Assembly: GCA_001189095.1 (NCBI GenBank)
Contig: LFCK01000001.1
Coordinates: 317,159 to 381,158 of the forward strand
Direction: 5' to 3'
Source: Parcubacteria bacterium C7867-001
GTDB lineage: Bacteria > Patescibacteriota > Minisyncoccia > Phycocordibacterales > Phycocordibacteraceae
Length of the DNA: 64,000 nt
How positions within the stretch are numbered: the first letter of the stretch is position 1; each line of letters opens with the position of its first letter. The notes under the pieces are model-generated. The model made no database searches. It was not told where the DNA came from and was given only the letters and a program-made list of their open reading frames with translations. A program made the translations under genes and the position numbers. Shown here one piece after another: positions 27,487 to 37,519 of the stretch.

Positions 27487-30378
27487 TTAGTCGAGCGGCG
27501 GAAGCGGGAGGTTAAGAGTCGAGCAGTAGATATTGTTGATCATGCGCTGCGTCGTCTTGTAGACATATCCGGTTGGATGCGTCTTTGCTGGAATGCCGGA
27601 GTTCGGAAGGCCAACCCACGGAGCAAGCACGTCATCCATGTACTTCAACTGGAAGGCGCGTACTGCTGCGTCCGTAAGCGGACCGAAGAAGCCGGTGATC
27701 GGGAGGCCTGAACCCATGTGGTCATTGAGGAACTGCTGGAGCTCCTTCACTTCCGTCGTGTCGTTCTGACGACCAAGACCCATGAAGGTCGAGAGAAGCG
27801 GGCCGCACTGGGTTGCTGCACCGAGCACCGAGCCCGTGCTGCTGCCCTTCTTCTTGCCGCCACTGCCGTTCGTGAAGCCCGGTGTGTTCGGGGTGTCATT
27901 GCTTTCCTTCGTGTTCGTGAAGGTGCAGGTCACCGTTTCGCCAGCCGAGAGTCCGATCGATTCAGGGTCAGATTCGTCGCTGCAGGATGCCGAAGAGAGA
28001 TCCCAGCCTTCAGGAACCACTTCGCCGACATCATAGCTGCCCGGCGTAAGGCTCGAGAAGGTGCGAGTTGCCGTTCCGTTCTCCGTAAGGAGATCGAAGC
28101 CACCCTCAGAAACTTCTGAGATCGTTTCGCTTACGAAGTGGAAGAGGCCGTTGCCACCTTCCGAATTCTTAACGATAACGATCGTGCCGGTGGTCGGTTC
28201 TTCGTTGTTGTCTTCAGTCGGAACGTTCCAAGCAACGCAGTAATACGTGCTGCCTACCTGCGGATTGCGGATGTAATCCCAGTTGTCGTAGTTGAGACCA
28301 TCGTTGCTGCACGAGAACTCAGCCGAAACCGTGTTCGAGTTGCTCTGATGATCAGGTCCGTAGGTGAACGGAATGTAACCCTCCTGAAGAAGTTCGCGAA
28401 GGCGAATCTCCGTGTTTCCTTCAAGCGGGATGTTCATCGTGACGGTACCGTCCTCGCCTGTGAGACCAGAGGGCGTGTAGCCAGTTGCATGACCAACAAA
28501 GGCCTTGCCCGGATCATTCGAGGTCTGATTACCCCACTCGAACTGCCAGCCTGATTCAAGATGGCAGGAAGGATGAGTGTCGAGGAAGTCTGCTGCCGTG
28601 TCAGCGTCAGTCACATGGGACGAACCCATTGCGTTTGGAAGATCTGATTCGTCCTCACAGACGATCTTTGTTGCGATGACCGTAATCTGATCTGGGTCTT
28701 CGCAGCCCGTAACCTTCACCTCGACGACGATGTCGTTGAAGTCCTGATCGTTGATGATGCCGGTCTGATCATCGAAGCCGATGACGTAGGTATTGTCCGA
28801 CGGATTGTAGACAACTGCGTGGTTGTTTTCATCCGAGCTCTCACCCTGATCGGTTGCCCATGTGCCAACGAGCGTCTCGCCGTTGTACGCCTTGATAGCG
28901 AAGCCAACACCCGGTGCGTTCACATCTGCAACATCGATGTTGAAGGTGCCGCCCGGAGTCGTCGTTGCCGCGTCATCAAAGAGCGGAACGAAATTCGAGA
29001 GACTGCCGTCGGTGTAGTAACCGAAGACATGATGGTAACCAGAAAGCTTCTTGAGGAGCTTTGCCGAGAAATGAATGGTGTTACCCGAGCCATCCCACGT
29101 CTGGGTATTGACCTGATCATCGTCAGCGTCAACGCCGTAGCTGTAGAAATCGAGGACCTGCTGGAGCGTCATTTCGTTGCTCGAGCCGAGTTCGATAACT
29201 TCTTCGCTGTTCGACGGAGCTGCACAGCTGTTCTGGATTACTGGGGTGCAGATACCATCGTTTTCTTCATATCCTTCTGGGACTGAAGGCTGGTCCTCAG
29301 GAATGTTGTCGCATACGTCGGTCGGAGGAGGCGGGGGCAATTCACCGCAGTCCGTTCCGTCGACTGTGAGCTTGTAGAGGAGACCTGCTGGATTCGTTGC
29401 CATGGTGCCGCCTGACTGAGCGAAGTTGGTCACCGTGAACTCAATCGTGTTCGTCCCTGCATTGAGGTCGCCAGCTGGGATGCTGTAGGAATCCTGCCCA
29501 CCTGCGCTGTAGTTGAACTCGCCAGCATCAGCACCCACTGGGTTTCCATTGATAGAAACCGTGTAGGAATTGTCTGCTGCGATCATGAGCGTAGCGCCCG
29601 TCGGAGCACCCGTCACCAAGAAGCTCTTGGTGAAGGTTTCAGACATGGTATTTACCGCGTCAGCGATTGGGTTCTCGCCCCAGATCCAGATTGCGGTCGG
29701 AATCGAAGCGGTCCATCCCAAGTGAATCGGGCTCACCGCAAAAGATGCGCTACCGTCCTCAAGCGTCGTAGTGTCGCTGTAGATCACGCAGGAAGAAGGG
29801 GTCGGGGGATTTTCCTCCTCTGGGTTCACCGTGACCGTTGTCTCGCAGGTAATCGGATCTTCATCCTCTTCACCTCCCGAAATGGTTGCGGTGTAGGTCG
29901 TGGTGTCAGTAGGAGATACCTCTGACGTGTCTCCATCGCCAAGCGAGCCAACACCGTTGTCGACGGTTGCAGACGCTTCATCAGCATCTTCGCCCTCGAT
30001 ATTGAGCGTAAGGGTGGTGCTACCTCCCTCCGTTATCGTTGAAGGGTCGGCGACAAGAGAACAGGTGAGATTTTCGTTCTCCTCTTCATCATCGTCCTCT
30101 CCGACGCACGGATGATCTTCGTCAACGAGAAAATCGTCGTCGTGATTTGAGTGACCGTTCCAACCATCTTCGTCAACGTTGATGACGTTACCGTTATGGC
30201 AGATATCTACTTTATGTTCTTCGTTCTCATTATTTGTTGCAAGTGCCGAAATTGGGAACACTGCCGCAACGATAGCGAACATGAGAACGCTCGCCGTGAG
30301 AGCGAGGGAGCGTCGAGAAACCGACGCAGGGCCTATAAGGAAATTGTCCATGGATAAATCCGGATTAATATGACGCAC
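27487..30378 (-). CDS. Large acidic secreted/surface protein with several beta-sandwich domains and a C-terminal peptidoglycan-binding domain
   Basis: Signal peptide; DQDFNDIVV (DUF4114-like); GTIVIVK..CTFTN; VKELQQFLN..TGFFGPLTDAAVRAFQ. Confidence 0.75.
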   Translation of the reverse strand: MRHINPDLSMDNFLIGPASVSRRSLALTASVLMFAIVAAVFPISALATNNENEEHKVDICHNGNVINVDEDGWNGHSNHDDDFLVDEDHPCVGEDDDEEENENLTCSLVADPSTITEGGSTTLTLNIEGEDADEASATVDNGVGSLGDGDTSEVSPTDTTTYTATISGGEEDEDPITCETTVTVNPEEENPPTPSSCVIYSDTTTLEDGSASFAVSPIHLGWTASIPTAIWIWGENPIADAVNTMSETFTKSFLVTGAPTGATLMIAADNSYTVSINGNPVGADAGEFNYSAGGQDSYSIPAGDLNAGTNTIEFTVTNFAQSGGTMATNPAGLLYKLTVDGTDCGELPPPPPTDVCDNIPEDQPSVPEGYEENDGICTPVIQNSCAAPSNSEEVIELGSSNEMTLQQVLDFYSYGVDADDDQVNTQTWDGSGNTIHFSAKLLKKLSGYHHVFGYYTDGSLSNFVPLFDDAATTTPGGTFNIDVADVNAPGVGFAIKAYNGETLVGTWATDQGESSDENNHAVVYNPSDNTYVIGFDDQTGIINDQDFNDIVVEVKVTGCEDPDQITVIATKIVCEDESDLPNAMGSSHVTDADTAADFLDTHPSCHLESGWQFEWGNQTSNDPGKAFVGHATGYTPSGLTGEDGTVTMNIPLEGNTEIRLRELLQEGYIPFTYGPDHQSNSNTVSAEFSCSNDGLNYDNWDYIRNPQVGSTYYCVAWNVPTEDNNEEPTTGTIVIVKNSEGGNGLFHFVSETISEVSEGGFDLLTENGTATRTFSSLTPGSYDVGEVVPEGWDLSSASCSDESDPESIGLSAGETVTCTFTNTKESNDTPNTPGFTNGSGGKKKGSSTGSVLGAATQCGPLLSTFMGLGRQNDTTEVKELQQFLNDHMGSGLPITGFFGPLTDAAVRAFQLKYMDDVLAPWVGLPNSGIPAKTHPTGYVYKTTQRMINNIYCSTLNLPLPPLD

Positions 30379-30575
30379 ATGTATAAGTCCGGAAGCCAGG
30401 GTTCTTCCGTTATTGCCGCACTTTCCACAGTGTGGACTTATAATGATACAGCGTCAAGCGTTTTCCACGGCAACTGTTACGGCGTAGAAACTAAAACTAG
30501 TCAACAGCAGAATTCCAGCGTTCGAGGACGAATTTCATCAATTGACAAGTACTGGCGGTGCCGTAATATTCGAAC

Positions 30576-30740
30576 GGTAGAGCTTGCTCTTTTCTCCTTA
30601 CGTGGCGAAACGTTCGTCACCAACTGAAGATTCGCGTGCTTGCCCGAGGTGGGCCCAAAAAACTCCAATGGCGACATTGGTTTCCAGGGTTTTGGGCCCG
30701 CCTCGTTTAAGCACGCATTTGACGTTCCGCGAGACCTTTA
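30576..30740 (+). ncRNA. Candidate small RNA forming a long rod-like hairpin
   Basis: TTGACA-16-TAATAT upstream; GCGTGCTT/AAGCACGC and CGAGGTGGGCCCAAAA/TTTTGGGCCCGCCTCG helices. Confidence 0.4.
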
Positions 30741-30753
30741 TATACTGAAGAGT

Positions 30754-30870
30754 ATGCATACGTTCGCAATGATGGCATCGATGAGTACCCCTCGCTCGAG
30801 GAGCTTTTTGATGCACTAATCCCTTCCCCATCCTGCAGCAAAAACCCCTCAGCACCTGAGGGGTTTTTGA
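30754..30870 (+). promoter_or_regulatory. Putative leader peptide (MHTFAMMASMSTPRSRSFLMH, 30754-30819) plus attenuator
   Basis: TTGACG-16-TATACT, ATG 7 nt later, terminator CAAAAACCCCTCAG-CAC-CTGAGGGGTTTTTG, alternative pairing with the leader 3' end. Confidence 0.6.
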
Positions 30871-30937
30871 TTTTAGAACCATCATGCTGCCGGGGAAATG
30901 GTTCTTCGGCAGCTCGTGAGTCGAAAGGAATACGACA

Positions 30938-31360
30938 ATGAAACGTTCGGAATGCTCGGATGGCACGCTCCTATTCGCGATAACCGCGGTATCGGAGAAG
31001 CTCGGGTATACGGCGCTACCCCGCAAGGTCATCGCCTTCCACATCTACGACAACGAGGATGAGGAATTCTGCCTCGTTACGCAGATACATCCCAAACAAC
31101 ACCGACTCCTCACCTTCTCGGACTCGATTCGAGTGCGGGGTAGACGACGGGACACGAATCTGGTGCTTGAGCAGTTCTGCAAGAAGCATGACGTGAGCCC
31201 TGAGCTCGTGTTCATGCGCGTCGGGAAATCGGAAGAAGACTTGTACCCGTTCTGGTCGCGAGTCCGCGCGATTAATGACTACCCGCACTGGGAGACCATC
31301 GATCCGTGGCCGTTCGGAATAACGTACGAGTTCGACGATCCCGACAGCCTCGATCTCTAA
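30938..31360 (+). CDS. Hypothetical protein
   Basis: ORF with AAGGA SD downstream of attenuator. Confidence 0.6.
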   Translation: MKRSECSDGTLLFAITAVSEKLGYTALPRKVIAFHIYDNEDEEFCLVTQIHPKQHRLLTFSDSIRVRGRRRDTNLVLEQFCKKHDVSPELVFMRVGKSEEDLYPFWSRVRAINDYPHWETIDPWPFGITYEFDDPDSLDL

Positions 31361-31389
31361 CCGTCCTAGTCGGAAGAAGGAGAAGCAAC

Positions 31390-31803
31390 ATGGGACTCAA
31401 TAAGGAACAGGCGCTCATCGCGATAATCTGCGGAGCGGCGGGAATCCTCCGACATACGGAACTGCCGAAGCGAGTCGTGAGCCTGAAGTATCTGAAGGAT
31501 GGAAGATATGAAATCACCGTCTGGAAGAACACTGACGAAAACGACTGGCGAAAGCTCGATACTGAAAAGCAGTTCGTTGTGGGTGAAGCCCGACAGACGA
31601 TAGAGCACAACTCGGCCGAGGCTCACAAATGCGTCAAACGATGCATTGGGGAATACGAAATCCAGAACGACTTCGTATTCCGTGAGTTCGAAAGCGACAG
31701 CGCCCACAAGCAGTGCCACTGGACGCTCGTGCACCACTACTCGCTGTTCATACGGTATGTAGCGGGAATTGGCGTCCCGATCTCGCGAATATTCGGAGAT
31801 TAA
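31390..31803 (+). CDS. Hypothetical protein
   Basis: AAGGAG SD, followed by terminator hairpin. Confidence 0.6.
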   Translation: MGLNKEQALIAIICGAAGILRHTELPKRVVSLKYLKDGRYEITVWKNTDENDWRKLDTEKQFVVGEARQTIEHNSAEAHKCVKRCIGEYEIQNDFVFREFESDSAHKQCHWTLVHHYSLFIRYVAGIGVPISRIFGD

Positions 31804-31844
31804 GGAATGAAACTACGACGCGTCCCAGAGGGACGCGTCTTTTC

Positions 31845-33095
31845 TTATTTGCCGGTCGTGAGGAATTGAATAGCGCGGTCCTTTTGAGGATCTTTCCCCG
31901 CCGTAAAATCTTGCTGCGTACGCTCCACCTTTATATCCGGAATGAGGCCACCATCGCTGATTGAGCGGCCAGAAGGCGTAAGCCACCGAGCGACCGTCAC
32001 TTTGAGCGAGCCGCCATCGATGTCGACGAGTTCCTGCACCGAGCCTTTACCGAAGGAGCGCGTTCCGATGAGTGTTGCGACTTTTGCATCCTGCAGCGCA
32101 CCCGCGAGAATTTCAGACGCGGAGGCCGAGCCTTGATCGATGAGAATAACGATTTTAGTTCCCGCAGGAATGCCACCGGTTCCGAGACTCTCGTGCACGA
32201 TATTTTCCTGCTTACCTTTATAGTCTTCAGTCACGACGGTGCCGCCTTTCGGGAGGAAGTGGCTCGCCATGTTTACTGCAGACTCAAGGTAGCCGCCCGG
32301 ATTGCCGCGCAAATCGATGACGAGTCTCGTCGCACCGCTCGCTCGGAAGGTGGCGAGTGCATTAGAAAAAAGCTGACCTGAGTTCTGGGTAAAGCTGTAG
32401 AGCGCGATGGTGTAGACGCCGCTCTTCGCATCGTAGGACGCGTCAATGGTCGGCACTTGGATGGTGTCGCGAGTGATGGTGAGCTCGACTGGCTTTCCTT
32501 CGCGCGCGAAAACGAAGGCAACGGTCGTTCCCTTTTCTCCACGAATCAAATGCACTGCTTCATCGGTCGACATGCCATCGGTCGACTTTTCATTTATAGA
32601 GACAATGAGATCGCCCGCATGCACGCCTGCGCGCTCAGCCGGCGTTCCTTTGAGCGGCGCAATGACCGTTAGGATTCCCTCCTTATTAACGCCGAGCTCG
32701 ATACCCACGCCACCGAAATTTCCCGCGATATTTTCCTGAAAGACCTTCGCTTCTGATGGTGGGAAGAAGACGGTGTACGGATCACCATAGGAAGCCGTGA
32801 GTCCCTCGATGAGTCCCCAGATTTTCTCCTTTGTTTCGGGAATGGTCGAGGATGCGTGCGTCTCGACAAACTTATCATCGAGCGCATGCCACGCTTTCCA
32901 GACACCCGCGAGATTCACTGACTCGTCCGCTGAGGAATTAAGACCATCATGTACGAACGGAATAGATTTCACCAAGAAACCGTTCGTGTCGTGCGCGCCA
33001 ATGTAGAGACCACCGATGAACGAAACGACTGCAACGAGCGCAGCAGCAGCGCCCATCTGGACGAAAAGTTTTGATGCGCGCGAAGGTGCAGCCAT
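31845..33095 (-). CDS. Carboxy-terminal processing protease (S41, CtpA-like)
   Basis: DPYT, PDZ, IDLRGNPGG, SASASEI, SFGKGSVQ. Confidence 0.93.
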   Translation of the reverse strand: MAAPSRASKLFVQMGAAAALVAVVSFIGGLYIGAHDTNGFLVKSIPFVHDGLNSSADESVNLAGVWKAWHALDDKFVETHASSTIPETKEKIWGLIEGLTASYGDPYTVFFPPSEAKVFQENIAGNFGGVGIELGVNKEGILTVIAPLKGTPAERAGVHAGDLIVSINEKSTDGMSTDEAVHLIRGEKGTTVAFVFAREGKPVELTITRDTIQVPTIDASYDAKSGVYTIALYSFTQNSGQLFSNALATFRASGATRLVIDLRGNPGGYLESAVNMASHFLPKGGTVVTEDYKGKQENIVHESLGTGGIPAGTKIVILIDQGSASASEILAGALQDAKVATLIGTRSFGKGSVQELVDIDGGSLKVTVARWLTPSGRSISDGGLIPDIKVERTQQDFTAGKDPQKDRAIQFLTTGK

Positions 33096-33168
33096 AATGT
33101 GCTCCATTATAACATTCATGTGTAAAAGCTAGCTGGTATCGGGCGTGGACGCGCTATACTTTTTACAA

Positions 33169-34089
33169 ATGATGACTCGCCACGAGCGCGGAAAGGTTAC
33201 GTGGGTCGACCTTGAGTCGCCGACCGCGGAAGAACTGCACTCGGTGATGCGCGAATTCGATATCTCCGGAAATATCGAGGAAGAAATCATCTCGCCGACC
33301 CCGTATCCGCTCGTTATTTCCTTCCCCAGCTACTCCTACCTCGTCCTTCACTTCCCCGTAACGAAAGCTGACGGCGGCGCTCGCACACAAGAAGTCGATT
33401 TCATCGTCGGCAAGAAATTCATCGTTACCGTCCGCTACGAAGTGGTGGATTCAATTCACAGCCTCCACAAAGTATTCGAAGCGGAAGAGCTTCTCGGTCT
33501 TCCAGAAACACTGCTCGAGACCGAGCAGCTCATCGTCGAGCAAGTATTCCGCCGCCTCTTCCGCGCCATTCGCGAAGAGCTCGAGACAACCGAACGCATG
33601 CTTGAGCGCCTTGAGACAGACATCTTCTCAGGTAAAGAGCGCTCAAGCGTTCGTAAGATTTCCGAAGCAGGGCGCGTCCTCCTGCGTTTTGAAACCGTAC
33701 TTCGAAGAAACTCGGAACCGCTCTCGGAGTTCCTCCGCGAACTCCAGACGCCGGAATTCTTCGGCAAATCCTTCGCGCTACGTGCCTCGAATATCGAAGC
33801 CGAGCGTGAGCATGTCGAAGGACTCATCGAGTCCTTCCGAAATGTTGCAGCTGAACTTCGCCAGACGAACGACTCGCTTCTCTCCTCTTCCCAAAACCAA
33901 GTGATGAAGACACTCACCGTAGTGACCTTCATCATGTTCCCGCTCTCCATCATCCCCCTCTTCTTCGCGGTGGACACAACATCCTCCTCGATCATTCATC
34001 ATCCAGAATTCTTCTTCGGCATCGGTGGCTTGATGGCATTGCTTGCCGCCTTCCTTTTCGTCCTCTCGAAATTCAAGCGCTGGTTCTAG
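33169..34089 (+). CDS. CorA family divalent cation transporter
   Basis: TWVDLESPT, EVDFIVG, NQVMKTLT, two C-terminal TMs; GMN motif degenerate. Confidence 0.85.
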   Translation: MMTRHERGKVTWVDLESPTAEELHSVMREFDISGNIEEEIISPTPYPLVISFPSYSYLVLHFPVTKADGGARTQEVDFIVGKKFIVTVRYEVVDSIHSLHKVFEAEELLGLPETLLETEQLIVEQVFRRLFRAIREELETTERMLERLETDIFSGKERSSVRKISEAGRVLLRFETVLRRNSEPLSEFLRELQTPEFFGKSFALRASNIEAEREHVEGLIESFRNVAAELRQTNDSLLSSSQNQVMKTLTVVTFIMFPLSIIPLFFAVDTTSSSIIHHPEFFFGIGGLMALLAAFLFVLSKFKRWF

Positions 34090-34198
34090 ACCATAATTCA
34101 AAAATTGACATTTGTTTAAAATCAATTATATTAATTCATAGGTACCGTACACCTTCGGATACGCGCATCTTTCCGGTGCCTATGCGAATAATCCGAAA

Positions 34199-34603
34199 TT
34201 GGAGAAAAAGATGGAAATCGCTCGCAGCGCCACAGCAAAGGTTCAGCTCGACGAGCTGCATTTTTCTGAGCGAACAGAATCTCGAGTGCCCCAATTTAAG
34301 GAAGGTCTTAGAAAAGCATTCGCCGACCAAGCTGATGATGAATCCCATTTTCAGATCAATATTGTCGATTGGTTCGGCCGTGGAGCAATTGCCGTACACT
34401 TTAGGAACGCGCAACTGTTTATGCGCTTCTGCCGTGCTGAGACCAACGCGCAGTTCTACTTCGTAGCAAGCGCTCTCCAACTTCTGGAGCGAGAACAGCT
34501 CACGATGGTCGAAGTACTCATTCCATGGTCTCTTTCGACAACTCGAAAAGTGCAGGTGCAGAAGTTCAGCTCGTCCAGCGTGGAGCTCGTGCTCGCACAT
34601 TGA
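34199..34603 (+). CDS. Hypothetical protein
   Basis: ORF after TTGACA promoter, terminator hairpin at ~34609-34632. Confidence 0.5.
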   Translation: MEKKMEIARSATAKVQLDELHFSERTESRVPQFKEGLRKAFADQADDESHFQINIVDWFGRGAIAVHFRNAQLFMRFCRAETNAQFYFVASALQLLEREQLTMVEVLIPWSLSTTRKVQVQKFSSSSVELVLAH

Positions 34604-34665
34604 GCAAAAGACGCGGCCCTCAGGGCCGCGTCAATCTTTATCCAGCGTGATAAAATAGTGCAATC

Positions 34666-36126
34666 ATGTGGCCGTTCACTAGGAAGCCGAAGGCGAATCA
34701 GGCGCCTATTCTTTTTACGAACACCCTCTCGGGAACGAAAGAGATCTTTGCACCGCTTCGCGCAGGCGTCGTCTCCATGTATTCCTGCGGGCCGACCGTC
34801 TACGCCAAGCAGCATATCGGCAACCTACGCCCCTACATCTTCGCGGACACTATTGCGCGCATACTCGCCGACGCCGGTTACCATGTCCGCCGCGTCATTA
34901 ATATTACGGACGTCGGCCACCTTGTTTCGAATGCAGACGAAGGCGAAGACAAGATGCTGGTCGGCGCCAAGCGCGAGAACCTCCGCCCCGAAGAAATCGC
35001 GGAGCGCTACACGGGCATTTTCCTTGAAGACCTTACCCTCCTCAACATCCTCACCACCGACATCCTTTTCCCGAAGGCAACCGAATACGTGAACGAGCAG
35101 ATAGAGATGATCAAGGCACTTGAAGCGAAAGGACATACCTATCGCACCAAAGACGGTCTTTATTTCGATACCAGCACCTTCCCCGCCTACGGTCGGCTCG
35201 GTGGAGGCGATGTGGCGCAAACGCGCGAGTACGCGCTCGCTGACCTCGGTCGCCGCATCAAGGAAAACAAGGAGAAGAAGCACGCAGCTGATTTCGCACT
35301 CTGGAAATTCGCACCGTTTGGCGTCGAGCGCCTGCAGGAGTGGCCATCCCCATGGGGCACCGGCTTCCCCGGCTGGCACATCGAATGCTCCGCGATGAGC
35401 AAAGCGCTTCTTGGCGAGACTATCGACATCCACACGGGAGGCATGGATCACATCCCTGTCCATCACAACAACGAAATCGCGCAGTCCGAAAGCGTTTCGG
35501 AACGCCCGCTCGCCCGCTTCTGGATGCACGAGGCGTTCATCACCATGAACGGCGAGAAGATTTCTAAATCGCTCGGCAACGATATCTATCTTTCGCAGAT
35601 AACTGAACACGGACTTCATCCCCTCTCGCTTCGTTACCTCTATCTGGGCGCGCACTACCGCACGCCGGTCGATTTCACGTGGGAATCCATCGAAGCGGCA
35701 AACGAAGCGCTCCTTCGTCTTTGGCGTCACACCGCAACCCTTAAGAAAGAAGCTAAAGGGATCGCACAAGATTCGGAAGCGTCGCGTCGACTCATCGCCG
35801 TCGTTCGCGAAGACCTTTCGACCGCAGCAGCGCTCGCGCTCCTCTGGGAAGCTATCAATGATGATGAACTTACACCGAAAGAAGCGTGGGGTGTCGTCGA
35901 AGCAGCTGAACGAGTGCTCGGCCTTATGCTCACCAACCCGCCTGAAGACGTCCTTCCGAAGACGCTTGAGGAACTGCCTTCTCACGTGCAGGAACTCGAA
36001 AAGCAGCGCCAAGCCGCCCGAAAGCGCAAAGACTATGCCTCTGCGGACGCTCTACGTATCAACATAGAGGACAGTGGATATCGTGTGGAAGACGGGCCTT
36101 CCGGCACCATGTTTATAAAAAAGTAG
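34666..36126 (+). CDS. cysS: Cysteine--tRNA ligase
   Basis: CGPTVY, HIGN, GWHIECS, KISKS. Confidence 0.97.
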   Translation: MWPFTRKPKANQAPILFTNTLSGTKEIFAPLRAGVVSMYSCGPTVYAKQHIGNLRPYIFADTIARILADAGYHVRRVINITDVGHLVSNADEGEDKMLVGAKRENLRPEEIAERYTGIFLEDLTLLNILTTDILFPKATEYVNEQIEMIKALEAKGHTYRTKDGLYFDTSTFPAYGRLGGGDVAQTREYALADLGRRIKENKEKKHAADFALWKFAPFGVERLQEWPSPWGTGFPGWHIECSAMSKALLGETIDIHTGGMDHIPVHHNNEIAQSESVSERPLARFWMHEAFITMNGEKISKSLGNDIYLSQITEHGLHPLSLRYLYLGAHYRTPVDFTWESIEAANEALLRLWRHTATLKKEAKGIAQDSEASRRLIAVVREDLSTAAALALLWEAINDDELTPKEAWGVVEAAERVLGLMLTNPPEDVLPKTLEELPSHVQELEKQRQAARKRKDYASADALRINIEDSGYRVEDGPSGTMFIKK

Positions 36127-36145
36127 CGGTGCTAGAATGGCCTCA

Positions 36146-37516
36146 ATGGCCGACCCCGTCCTCCGCGTTCCCCCACAAAGTCTCGAAGCTGAACGAGCGC
36201 TTCTCGGCGCGCTTCTCCAGAAAGCAGGCGCCATTCACGACGTTCTCGACACCATCAAAAGCGATTCGTTCTACGCAGAAAAGCATCGTCTCATTTTCGA
36301 CTCGATGCGGGACCTCGCCGCAAAAGGAGACCCGATAGATCTCATCGCCGTCTCACAGAAGCTTTCGGATGCGGGAACCCTCGAGCGATCCGGCGGACGC
36401 GCCTATCTCGCGGAGCTCATGGCGGATTCTTCCGCGCCGGGAAATTTTACGCACTACGCGGATGTGGTTTCGAGGAAGTACCTCATGCGTGCGCTCATCG
36501 ACACCTCTTACTCCATTACCGAAGCGGCATACGACGAAAGTCGCGAAGCGGTGCATGTGCTTGATGAAGCCGAGAAATCAATCATGGCTATCGGCACCGC
36601 GTCCGCTGGACATAAGTTCATCGCAATCAAAGACAAGCTCGAGGACGCATGGGAGCGCATGGAAGCGCTCGCGAAAAAAGGCGAAGGCATCCGCGGCACG
36701 CCAACGGGGTATCCCGAACTCGACAACATGCTCTCCGGTCTTCACCCTTCAGACCTCATCATTCTTGCCGCCCGTCCGTCGGTCGGTAAGACCTCGCTCG
36801 CGCTCGATATCGCGCGCAATGCGGCCATTCGTCACAATGTGCCTGTCGGCATCTTCTCGCTTGAAATGAGCGCCGAGCAGCTCGTCGATCGTATGATTGC
36901 GGCCGAGTCCTACGTGAACTCATGGAAGATCCGCACCGGTGCTGTGCGCGCCGAAGAAGACTTCACTCGCATCCGCGACGCGCTCGAAGTCCTTTCGAAG
37001 GCGCCGATTTATATAGACGACAAACCGGGCAACGACATCCTTTCGATGCGCGCAGTTGCGCGTCGTTTGAAGCGCGAGCGCGGCATCGGGCTCATCATCG
37101 TCGACTACCTTCAGCTCATGAGCCCGACGTCCGCAAAAGCGTCCGACAATCTCGTGCAGCAAGTTACGGAAATTTCTCGCTCGCTCAAATCTCTCGCTCG
37201 CGAACTCGATGTGCCGGTCATGGCGCTTTCCCAGCTCTCCCGCGCTGTCGAGCAGCGCGGCGGCAAGCCTCGCCTCTCCGACCTCCGCGACTCGGGCTCC
37301 ATCGAGCAGGACGCTGACGTCGTTATGTTCATCCATCGCGAAGACAAGACGAACAAGGACAGCGATCGCCCCGGCATCGCGGAAATCCTCATCGAGAAGC
37401 ACCGCAACGGCCCGACCGGCAAAGTAGATCTCTTCTTCGACGAAAAACGCTCAACGTACATGTCCGTCGATAAAGCGGGCTATGGCGACATGAGCGATCT
37501 CGCTAATGCTTTTTAA
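36146..37516 (+). CDS. dnaB: Replicative DNA helicase
   Basis: PPQSLEAE, ARPSVGKT, DYLQL, SQLSR, DLRDSGSIEQDAD. Confidence 0.97.
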   Translation: MADPVLRVPPQSLEAERALLGALLQKAGAIHDVLDTIKSDSFYAEKHRLIFDSMRDLAAKGDPIDLIAVSQKLSDAGTLERSGGRAYLAELMADSSAPGNFTHYADVVSRKYLMRALIDTSYSITEAAYDESREAVHVLDEAEKSIMAIGTASAGHKFIAIKDKLEDAWERMEALAKKGEGIRGTPTGYPELDNMLSGLHPSDLIILAARPSVGKTSLALDIARNAAIRHNVPVGIFSLEMSAEQLVDRMIAAESYVNSWKIRTGAVRAEEDFTRIRDALEVLSKAPIYIDDKPGNDILSMRAVARRLKRERGIGLIIVDYLQLMSPTSAKASDNLVQQVTEISRSLKSLARELDVPVMALSQLSRAVEQRGGKPRLSDLRDSGSIEQDADVVMFIHREDKTNKDSDRPGIAEILIEKHRNGPTGKVDLFFDEKRSTYMSVDKAGYGDMSDLANAF

Positions 37517-37519
37517 CGC

